Origin: Octopus sinensis
Lineage: Eukaryota
NCBI RefSeq assembly: GCF_006345805.1
Contig: NW_021836610.1
Location: 1-22,925, forward strand
Reading direction: 5' to 3'
Length of the DNA stretch: 22,925 bases
The notes under the pieces were generated by a model. The model was not told the origin of the DNA. It ran no database searches and worked only from the letters and a program-made list of their open reading frames with translations. Both the position numbers and the translations under genes were made by a program. This document shows, in pieces, positions 9,623 to 19,107 of the stretch. Each line of letters starts with the position of its first letter. The first letter of the stretch is position 1.

Positions 9623-10257
9623 TATATATGCAAGTATTATACATGTGTAAGCATGTGACTGTATATTTTCATATGAACATATGTGTGTGCAAGTGCGGGT
9701 GTGTGGATGTCTTGTTTTTTTTTTTAATTTAAACTCCCTGTAAGAAACAAAGAAACAGAGGCTCCATCGCCGGAGTTTAGAAATCAAAGACGGTAAATGT
9801 TGCATGGTGAACCTCAGAAATGCCTTTGCACACCTTTACGGTTCTGCTCGCAGAATTGCATTGGTAAAGAATCTGTTAGCTTTTCGAGATTAAGCATTTC
9901 CTAATGTAACCAAGTGCGCCAATGATTATTGATACAAATGTGAATTTATAACATGAGTTTAAAAAAAAAAGAACAACAACAAAAGCTGTCGGCATCGAAG
10001 CAGTTGGTCATAAATATTCTATTTTTCACTGATTTTTGGAAGACATATTTACATCAGCAGGGCATCTGAGGTCTGTGGCTGTACTTTTTTCATTTGTTTT
10101 CTTTTTTTTTTTTGGGGGGGGGGGGGGGGTGATGTTCTAAATAATTATATCAGGCCTGTTATGTTTGCACTTGTCTGAAGTTTTTACGAGAATGTTCCAC
10201 CAATATATTTGTGCTGCTGCCACTACTACTGCTACTACTGCTGCTGCTGTTGCTGTT

Positions 10258-10830
10258 TTTATGTATGTATTCAATAACAAATCTATTGTCGTATGTATGT
10301 ATGTACGTCTGTATGTATGTATGAATGTATGTATGTATGTATGTATGTATGTATGTATGTATGTATGTATGTATGTATGTATGTATGAATGCATGTATGT
10401 ATGTATGTATGTATGTATGTATGTATGTATGTATGTACGTATGTATGTATGTACGTATGTACGTATGTATGTATGTATGTATGTATGTATGTATGTATGA
10501 ATGCATGTATGTATGTATGTATGTATGTATGTATGTATGTATGTATGTATGTATGTATGTATGTATGTATGTACGTATGTATGTATGTACGTATGTACGT
10601 ATGTATGTACGTATGTATGTATGTATGTATGTATTTATGTATATATGTATGTATGTGCGTATGTGCGTATGTACGCATGTACTATGTATGTATGTATGTA
10701 CGTATGTGCGCATGTATGTATGTATGTACGTATGTACGTATGTATGTATGTATGCATGTGTGTATGTATATACGTATGTATTTATGTATGTATGTATGTA
10801 CGTATGTATGTATGTATGTATGTATATCTG

Positions 10831-10864
<34 letters not shown>

Positions 10865-10888
10865 TGTATGTATGTATGTATGTATGTA
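10258..10888. repeat. Long (ATGT)n microsatellite (~630 bp) with ACGT/ATGA variant units; preceded by (GCT/ACT)n at about 10212-10253
   Basis: Directly visible. Variant patterns such as ATGAATGCATGT recur near 10384 and 10497. Confidence 0.97.
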
Positions 10889-11163
10889 CTTAAACTAAAC
10901 GAAATAGATGCAGCTACAAAGACATATGAAAGAGAATCAAAACAGGAATGAAATAGACTATTTCAAGACCAGACACCAAGTTAATTATTTAAGACACGCA
11001 ATTGTATCGATGCGCATGCCTCAGTGGGTAATGCACCAAATTGCTGTCCATGAAATTTGGTTTCGGATCTCACTCGCTAATGACTTCTTAACTTTTTTTT
11101 TGGGGGGGGGTCTCCTTTTCGGTTTCAGTCCCACTGAATATATATATACATATATATAATATA

Positions 11164-12255
11164 TTAAGGTATGTAGAAAATACAACATGGACAAGAACGT
11201 ATAACTCTTAGAAGACGATACATAACACCGACAGGACATTCGAAACCCTCAGTCCTTCAGTCAAGACCGGATCATCGTAGTTAATTTCGGCTGATTAATC
11301 TTGAGATTCTAGATCACGGCCAGCCCTCCAAGAAAAACTAAGCACGAGCATTAAGAAAAACTAAGCTGGGAGCGTAGATTTCCTGGAAGAAGGATCGAAT
11401 GCATACGGACACCAGGACAGCAACAGGGACGAATATAAAAAAACAAAAAATAATGGAATACAGAAACATGAAATACAGAAGCATTAACGGTGAAAACAAC
11501 AACAAGTGTCTTACGACTGATAACAAGCAAACAATTTTTTTCTCTGGCGCAAGAAAGGAGCCTTATCGGCGATGCCTATAGCGGCGGACGAAAAACAACG
11601 ATGTTAACACGACGCTGGTCAGAAGCTGAAAGGCAGATTTCGGCAGCAGTCACGTGACAGAGAAGAGATAAAAGAAAAGAAGAGAAGCAAAAACGGAAGA
11701 GAGAGAGAGAGGAGAGAGAGAGAGGAGGGACAAACACGACAAAGAGCGAGAAGAGAGAGAAGAGAAAAAGAATCAGAGAGGAGAAGGGATGGGTGTCGAA
11801 GAGCGACCTGTGAGTGCAGAGCGAGACAAAGAAATAGAGGGTAGTGGAAGATTAGACCAAAGAATCAGAGGAAAGAGAAGAGAAAAAGAGGATGATAGAG
11901 AGAGAAGGGGACAGATCAAGTAAAAGTGAGAGAGAGAGAGAACAAACAAAGAGTCGTACCAGTTATTAAGAATATGTGCTCACATTAATGTTAGAGGGTA
12001 CGTGCGCCTGGAATATATGTTAAGGTATGTAGAAAAATACAACATGGACAAGAACGTATAACTCTTAGAAGACGATACAATAAACACGGACAGGACATTC
12101 GAAACCCTCAGTCATCAGTCAAGAACCGGATCATCGTAGTAATTTCGGCTGATTAATCTTGAGATTACTAGATCACGGCCAGCCCTCCAAGAAAAACTAA
12201 GCAACGAGCATTAGAAAAACTAAGCTGGGAGCGTAGATTTCTTGGAAGAAGGATC
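11164..12255. mobile_element. Non-coding element bounded by ~235-bp direct repeats (11164-11396 and 12020-12255) with a GA-rich interior; Penelope pseudo-LTR-type arrangement (tentative)
   Basis: Both repeats run TTAAGGTATGTAGAAAA...GGAAGAAGGATC and are highly similar. A purine-rich (GA) tract lies at about 11655-11950. No coding capacity recognised. Confidence 0.6.
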
Positions 12256-12305
12256 ATGGGTGGGGTGTGTATGTATATATGTATAAGAGTGTGTGTGTGT
12301 CCGCC

Positions 12306-12490
12306 AATGTACAACCGGAGTTGATTTACTTTGTACCAGTAACTTAGCCGCTCAACAAAAAGAGACAAATAGAATAAGTACCAGATTTTTAAAAAATGAA
12401 AAATTACTAGGGTTTTCGGCTAAACCTTTTAAGACAGTGCCCCAGTATGGCCGCAATACAATGGTGGAAACAAGTGAAAAAATAAAAGGT
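12306..12490 (+). mobile_element. Diverged SINE family B 3' half
   Basis: CAACCG...GTAACTTAGCCG...AAAAGAGACAAATAGAATAAGTACCAG...GTGCCCCAGTATGGCCGCA...GAAACAAGTGAAAA aligns with 17031-17203. Confidence 0.65.
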
Positions 12491-12559
12491 ACCCGTGATA
12501 CTATCAGTCATGTTTAGCTTGAATATATAAACGTGGTCCGCGTTTAGTCCACAAAAACA

Positions 12560-12940
12560 AACTAGCATGAATTTAACTTTATATAAAGAATTTTTTAAAT
12601 GTAAGTTATATAAAAATTAATGTTTTTATGAAATAAATATATTTCTATAAAATTATATATAAAAAATAATAAATTTTATAAGCAGAATTTACTTTATAAA
12701 ATTTATTTTATTTTATAAAATAAATTTATTTTTTATGGTAAGGATATGATAGAAAATGAATTTAATTTTCATAACAAAAATGTTATAAAAATATATCTTA
12801 ATTTTATGAGCAGAATTTAGGATTTTTTTTTCAAATAAATTTTATTTTATAAAAAGAATTTTATTAAAAAATATTTAGTTTTATACAGATAATTGATTTT
12901 ATATTAGAACTTGAATTAAAAAAACATGTATTTTGTTTTT
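12560..12940. repeat. Extremely AT-rich low-complexity tract
   Basis: Almost only A/T. TTTTAT(A/G)AGCAGAATTTA occurs twice, near 12675 and 12801. Confidence 0.7.
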
Positions 12941-12945
12941 GTTTA

Positions 12946-13160
12946 TGGATTCTCGAAGCCGAGCTAACCGACAAGAGACCTAGGGGTAGATTAAGAACGA
13001 GATAATTGGATAATATCCACAGTCTTGGTTGACCATGCCTGGGAATCCACCCAGAAAGTCTAACGACGGTTGCTTCTTCTGATAGGAGCCTGTAAAGGAG
13101 GTGCCTAAGAACTCTAACCCCAACAGCCTCTCTGGGAAAAGTGAGCGGAATTGATGACCG
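12946..13160 (+). mobile_element. RTE-clade LINE 3' terminal fragment (degenerate)
   Basis: From 12949 it translates as ILEAELTDKRPRGRLRTR*LDNIHSLG*PCLGIHPESLTTVASSDRSL*RRCLRTLTP. This matches the RTE C-terminal KRPRGRPR.RW.D...A.DR..WR motif, with stops at expected Trp positions. Confidence 0.72.
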
Positions 13161-13242
13161 GATGGATATTTAATAAAGGTAAGAATAAAAGAAATTTATT
13201 AAAAACCGTTAAAATGAAAAACTGTTATATAAATTAGCAAAA

Positions 13243-13425
13243 CTCTTTTACTCTTTTACTTGTTTCAGTCATTTGACTGTGGCCATGCTGGAGCACTGCC
13301 TTTAGTCGAACAAATCGACCCGAGGACTTATTTTTTGTAAGTTTAGTACTTATTCTATCGGTCTCTTTTGCCAAACCGCTAGGATACGGGGACGTAAACA
13401 CACCAGCATCGGTTGTCAAGCAATG
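13243..13425 (-). mobile_element. SINE family B 3' half
   Basis: Reverse complement of the 17031-17203 sequence, with a (AAAGAGT)2 tail at the left end. Confidence 0.85.
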
Positions 13426-13472
13426 TTGACACGCAGCTTGTTTCTGACTGAATATGCTCTTCACTGTAAATA

Positions 13473-13872
13473 TATTTCTTTACTACCCACAAGGGGCTAA
13501 ACACAGAGGGGACAAACAAGGATTAAGTCGATTATATCGACCCCAGTGCGTAACTGGTACTTTATTTATCGACCCCGAAAGGATGAAAGGCAAAGTCGAC
13601 CTCGGCGGAATTTGAACTCAGAACGTAAAGACAGACGGAATACCTATTTCTTTACTACCCACAAGGGGCTAAACACAGAGAGGACAAACAAGGACAGACA
13701 AACGGATTAAGTCGATTATATCGGCCCCAGTGCGTAACTGGTACTTTATTTATCGACCCCAAAAGAATGAAAGACAAAGTCGACCTCGGCGGAATTTGAA
13801 CTCAGAACGTAGCGGCAGACGAAATACGGCTACGCATTTCGCCCGACGTGCTAACGATTCTGCCAGCTCGCC
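13473..13872 (-). mobile_element. Head-to-tail dimer of SINE family C: a full unit (13645-13872) followed by a 5'-truncated unit (13473-13644)
   Basis: TATTTCTTTACTACCCACAAGGGGCTAAACACAGAG starts at both 13473 and 13645. Only the right unit carries the A-box head. Confidence 0.9.
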
Positions 13873-14332
13873 ACAATAATACGTGGATACGAACAACCCG
13901 ATGCGATATTCAGTGACAAATACGAAGTTGCTTTACCCAGGACGTCTCTATGTTGAGTGTTTAGTCGTCTCCTTTAAGCTGATTAAGTTAGCTCTGTGAA
14001 CGCAGGAAGCTGATGTATCCATTCAAAATTGTATTGCTGTGGACTGCAATCCCCAGTGACACTTTTTACGTACAAAAGACAATTTTTCAGATTTTCTTAA
14101 TTTTTTTCACATATTTAATCAAATACTTTTAGTGGTGGATATTAAGAAACTGCATCTACAGGAGACACCAAGAAAGTATTGCAGAAAGAGAATTTTTTTT
14201 TTTTTTTGATAGTTGACATCATTATGGGAATTACCATGAATTTCAATTCGACTAAAGAAACTCGTCGTTAGAAACATCAGACACTCCATGTTTAAAAGGA
14301 CTTTTTTTCCAGACTTTTTTTCCAGACTTTAA

Positions 14333-15927
14333 TTTTCGGGGAAAATTTTCAATAAATTTTCCTAAAATTTTTAGGGAAAATTTTCAAAATTTTTGAAAAC
14401 TTTATGGGGAAAAGTTTCAAAAAGTTTTCAAAAATTATTGGGAAAGATTTTCGAACAATTTTTCAAACATTTTTGGCGAAAATTTTCAAAAAATTTTTCA
14501 AAAATTTTGGGGAAAATTTTCAAAGAATTTCTAAAAACTTTTTGGCGAAAATTTTCAAAAAATTTTTGAAAACTTTATCGGGAAAATTTTTTTTTATTTT
14601 TCTAAAATTTTGGGGAAAATTTTCAAAACCTTTTCCTAAAATTTTGGGGACAATTTTCAAAAAACTTTTCAAAAAATTTTTGAAAAATCTTATGGGAAAA
14701 ATTTTCAAAAATTTTTGAGGAAAATTTTCAACAAATTTTTGAAAAATTTTGGTGAAAATTTTCGAAAAGTTTTTGAAAAATTTTTGGGGAAAATTTTCAA
14801 AAGTTTTGGGGGTGAAATTTTTTTTTAATTTTTCTAAAATTTTGGGGGAAAATTTTCAAAACCTTTTTCTAAAATTTTGGGGACAATTTTTCAAAAAACT
14901 TTTCAAAAATTTTTGGGAAAATTTACTAAAAATTTTTGAAAACTTTATGGGGGAAATTTTCAAAACTTTTTGAGGAAAATTTTCAAAATATATTTGGGAA
15001 AATTTTCAAAAAATTTTTCTAAAGTTTTGGGGAAAATTTTCAAAAAATTTTTCAAAAATTTTGGGGACAATTTTCAAAAAACTTTTTCTAAAATTTTGGG
15101 GACAATTTTCAAAAAACTTTTCAAAAAATTTGGGGGAAAATTTACTAAAAATTTTTGAAAACATTATGGGGGAAATTTTCAAAACTTTTTGAAAACTTTA
15201 TGGGGAAAATTTTCAAAAATTTTGAAGATAATTTTCAACAAATTTTTGAAAAATTTTGGTGAAAATTTTCGAAAAGTTTTTCAAAAATTTTTGGTGAAAA
15301 TTTTCAAAAAATTTTTGAAAACATTATGGGGAAAATTTTCAAAACATTTTTGAAAACTTTATGGGGAAAATTTTCAAAAATTTTTGAGGAAATATTTCAA
15401 AAAATTTTTGAAAAACTTTGGGGAAAATTTTGAGGAAACATTTCAAAAAATTTTTGAAAAAATTTGGGGAAAATTTTGAGGAAATATTTCAAAATATTTT
15501 TGAAAATCTTGGGGGAAAATTTTCAAAAGATTTTTGTGGAAAATTTTCAAAAATTTTTGAGGAAAATTTTCAAAATATTTTTGAAAAATTTTGGAGGAAA
15601 ATTTTCAAAACATTTTTCAAATATTTTGGGGAAATTTTCAAAAAATCTTTGAGGAAATATGGGGAAAATTTTCAAAAATTTTTTGAAAACTTTATGGGGA
15701 AAATTTTCAAAAATTTTTGAGGAAATATTTCAAAAAATTTTTGAAAAACTTTAGGGAAAATTTTCAAAAATCTTTGGGGAAAATTTTCAAAAGAATTTTG
15801 TGGAAGATTTTCAAAAATTTTTGAGGAAAATTTTCAAAATATTTTTGAAAAGTTTTGGGGGAAATTTTTCAAGACATTTTTCAAATATTTTGGGGAAATT
15901 TTCAAAAAATTTTTCAAAGATTTTTGG
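14333..15927. repeat. 1.6-kb strand-symmetric AnTn satellite (GGGGAAAATTTTCAAAAAATTTTTGAAAA-type) with higher-order duplications
   Basis: Built from the palindromic words GAAAATTTTC and CAAAAATTTTTG. Duplicated blocks at 15361/15694 and 14724/15231. Confidence 0.92.
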
Positions 15928-16340
15928 GCTTTCTTCTATCGAAGACATTTTAACAAAAATGCTTACGTAAAGACGGTGAAAATATTGTCAATTTCCCCAA
16001 TCAGGGACACAATTCAATTTTTAAATAATAACCAAAGCCCCTTCTCCGAAAGGGGGAGGGTTACGGTTTACAATTATTTAACAAATGCAACACAACAACG
16101 CTTCCCTGACGAGGAACCAACAAACGTGATTACAATAGTCAAACAGTAATAATAATAACAACAGTCCTTTTTAATTTATCCCCATTTATGTGAAATTCAT
16201 TTTTGGACTTTCTTCTATCAAGTTCAAGTCATTGATGCAATTTTATACGAATTGCTAATACACACGAACACATAGTTGAATATTAATTTGATTAATATGA
16301 GTTGAAAACCAGTGGTGTAGCATATAAGACAGCAGATCTT

Positions 16341-16647
16341 CTAGCAAAATGGATGACCATTGTTAATGGTTCATCCCTGTTATATAATACTTTCACTTTA
16401 ATAGTGAAAGTGTCTGTATTACAAAAGAGAGATGTTTTGTTTCACTTTTAACACGAAATACTGAAATAGTGGAGAAGATATATTTCTGTGGGGTCGCTCT
16501 AGGGAAAAAGTTAAGATTTTTTCCGATGACACTGCCCGGTCCTTAAGTAAGGCATGTGTAAAATTTGAATGAAATTGGTTGTGTAGTTCTCAAGTTTTAG
16601 GGAAACACACAGACAGACACACATTCTCAGTTTTATATATAGAGAGA
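16341..16647 (-). mobile_element. Non-autonomous Helitron-like element (307 bp)
   Basis: The minus strand starts A|TCTCTCTATATATAAAACTGAGAATGTGTGTCTGTCTGTGTG and contains AACCAATTTCATTCAAATTT, a motif resembling Lep1/DINE-type non-autonomous Helitrons. There is a subterminal hairpin (16351-16376) and a terminal CTAG. The 3' flank base is A rather than the canonical T, so the 3' boundary is less certain. Confidence 0.6.
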
Positions 16648-16652
16648 TAATC

Positions 16653-16712
16653 ATATATTATATTATATTATATTATATTATATTATATTATATTATATTA
16701 TATTATATTATA
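16653..16712. repeat. (ATATT)n pentanucleotide microsatellite
   Basis: About 12 perfect units. Confidence 0.95.
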
Positions 16713-17030
16713 TTGAAAGTAAAGCAATTATTAATGACAGCGTAATTCTAGTCAAGTTTAGCCGTTTAATTCAAATCAAGTTCTGAATAAAATCATTTTT
16801 TTTTTCATTTCCGCCTTTTTTCTATTTTTTTTTTAAGTGAACTTAGACTTAGAAAGAGCAAAAATTCTCTACAGAAAACAGGTTTCAATGCGATTTGTTT
16901 TCTGAAGAGAATCTAGGAATGTTGGTCTTTTCCTCTTAATTCATAAAACCATATAAGTAAGTTACCTTTCGAAAGCTATTGCATGTTTGTGTGAAAAATA
17001 GTTTGATACTCGGAATCCATATCTTCGCAC

Positions 17031-17203
17031 GCTTGACAACCGATGCTGGTGTGTTTACGTCCCCGTAAATTAGCGGTTTGGCAAAAGGGACCGATAGATT
17101 AGATACTAGGCTTACAAAGAATAAGTCCTGGGGTTGATTTGCTCGACTAAAGGCAGTGCTCCAGCATGTCCACAGTCAAATGACTGAAACAAGTAAATGA
17201 GTA
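17031..17203 (+). mobile_element. SINE family B 3' half
   Basis: GCTTGACAACCGATGCTGGTGTGTTTACGTCCCCGTAA...GTGCTCCAGCATGTCCACAGTCAAATGACTGAAACAAGTAA. Three other homologous copies are in the window. Confidence 0.85.
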
Positions 17204-17414
17204 TTACGATTTTCCAAACGTCCTGACTGCATTCTACAAACTAGTCAGCGTGTTCAAAGCGCTGTTACATCTGTCCCCTTCAATCTGAAATAACAATAGT
17301 TGGCAGGTCAGCTTATAAGATGTATAGTAGTAAAAATTAAAGTTCCTTCCCGAATAAGTGGTCAATGGTCGCTTTGTTTTCTATATATTGCTTGCTGGGG
17401 CGGGCTCTGGCCAT

Positions 17415-17503
17415 CTCTCTAGCGACTGGGTGTTCGGGACTGATGATGAGAAAAACTAGCTCGAAACAGAGTCGGTCTCGCGATTCCGTCGTCTGCTAGA
17501 GGG
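17415..17503 (+). ncRNA. Candidate type I hammerhead ribozyme
   Basis: Stem I 5' arm UCGGGA (17434-39); CUGAUGA (17440-46); extra U (17447); stem II GAG/CUC (17448-50/17460-62); GAAA (17463-66); short stem III closing at GUC (17475-77); stem I 3' arm UCGCGA (17478-83, one mismatch). Distal stem I: CUCUCUAGC (17415-23) pairs with GCUAGAGGG (17495-503), and GAC pairs with GUC. Confidence 0.7.
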
Positions 17504-17842
17504 TTGTAGAGGTTCGCTCCCCTGCATGCAATATATACATGGTGCAGCGTGCACCTATAACCGGATGGCGGACGATTTGCCTGGAGTTAAAAAAACAGTA
17601 GTAACATTGAACAGCCATGTTGACGTGGAGATCAACATTACTTTTAAGTATAGTTACTATTCTCATCTCTTACTGAGATTTTACAACTAGCAATTTTGCT
17701 TATATATAAATACACGCATACGCACGCACATAATTGTAAGAAATTGAGATAAACACAAGTTTATATTATGTGTTCCCAAACAGTGACAGTCGTACATTTA
17801 ACTGTACACACAAGATAATCTATGTGTACAACAGAGTATACA

Positions 17843-17908
<66 letters not shown>

Positions 17909-18030
17909 TAGATTATTGATAGATAGATAGATAGACAGATAGATAGATAGATAGATAGATAGACAGACAGACATACTGACAGATAGATGGATATATAGAC
18001 AGACAGACAGACAGATAGATAGATAGATAA

Positions 18031-18070
<40 letters not shown>

Positions 18071-18090
18071 TAGATAGATAGATAGATAGA
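17843..18090. repeat. (ATAG)n/(ACAG)n microsatellite
   Basis: Directly visible. Confidence 0.97.
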
Positions 18091-18135
18091 CGGACAGACG
18101 TGAACCACAAACTCGTTGGTCAATACATTCACAAC

Positions 18136-18258
18136 TTGTGTGTATGTATGTATGCATATGTATATATATTCGTGTGTATATATATGTGTGTGTGTGTGTG
18201 AGTGTGTATGTATATATATATATATACACATATATACATATATATATATATATGTGTG

Positions 18259-18290
<32 letters not shown>

Positions 18291-18495
18291 TACATATATA
18301 TATATACACACACACATATATACATATATATATGTGTGTGTGTGTGGATGTATATATGTATATATACATGTACACAATATACATATATATACGTATGTTT
18401 ATACACACACACACACACACACAACACACACACTATATATATATATTATATATTATATATATATCTATATATATATATCTATTATATATACTATT
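18136..18495. repeat. Compound (TA)/(TG)/(CA) microsatellite
   Basis: Directly visible. Confidence 0.95.
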
Positions 18496-18529
18496 ATTCA
18501 ACGAAACGATCCTAGTCAGCCATCTTTAA

Positions 18530-18885
18530 ATTCCATTATCATTCCCATCATTTCTTCCCTCATTTAGTATTTCGTCCATGCATTCATATATTCCTTCACA
18601 CATCATTCTTTGCTCGTTACTAATTCAATTATTTAATCGCCCATTCGTTCATATTTTCATTTACTGTATAATCCAATTATCGCTTAATCATAAGGTTACT
18701 TAGCTCATTCCCTCGTTCGTTCATTCATTCAATCGTGTTTTTTTTCTTTTTCTTGCATATTTCTTCAAATTCATTTACGCATTCCTTCATTCGTACATTC
18801 GTTCGAATAAATATTTATTTATCCAGTTTCCGTTTGTTCGTTCGTTAATAATTCTTTCATTCCTAAATTCGTACGTATTCATTTG
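18530..18885. repeat. Old, degenerate (ATTC/GTTC)n tract
   Basis: Recurring CATTC/CGTTC words in pyrimidine-rich, G-poor sequence. Confidence 0.6.
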
Positions 18886-18967
18886 GAGTCTTGCAAGGTA
18901 ATCAATTCTGAATCTATTCGCGTGAGAGATTACACTCCACCCTCCACTCATGACCACCCAGTCGCAG

Positions 18968-19105
18968 TTTTTCGATTATATTATCATCACCATCATCATC
19001 ATCATCATCATCAATCATCATCATCATCATCATCGTCATCATCATCATCATCATCATCATCATTATTATTATTATTATTACTATTATTATTATTATCATC
19101 GTCAT
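18968..19105. repeat. (ATC)n to (ATT)n microsatellite
   Basis: Directly visible. Confidence 0.95.
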
Positions 19106-19107
19106 TT

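Noticed and set aside
11010-11137. Degenerate tRNA-like SINE head (GCGCATGCCTCAGTGG...; TTTCAGTCCCACTG)
   Set aside because: Too diverged and fragmentary to delimit or assign.
12085-12150. CUGAUGA box on the minus strand (12112-12118) as a hammerhead
   Set aside because: Downstream is GAAU rather than GAAA, with no closing stem II. A type II arrangement using the upstream GAAA fails at the first base pair of both stem I and stem II. At best it is a degenerate remnant.
14404-15720. K/F-rich ORFs that look like amphipathic peptide repeats
   Set aside because: They are a by-product of AAA/TTT runs in the satellite, occur on both strands and in several frames, and are broken by variable run lengths.
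16864-16912. 17-bp-arm hairpin (ATTCTCTACAGAAAACA / TGTTTTCTGAAGAGAAT) as a pre-miRNA
   Set aside because: The stem is too short for Drosha-type processing and cannot be extended; there is no expression evidence.
5-18567. Dozens of ORFs rich in MYVC, HTYI, YI, CV, IYLS and similar
   Set aside because: They are translations of (ATGT)n, (TA)n, (TG)n and (ATAG)n tracts that lack stop codons in some frames; they are not genes.
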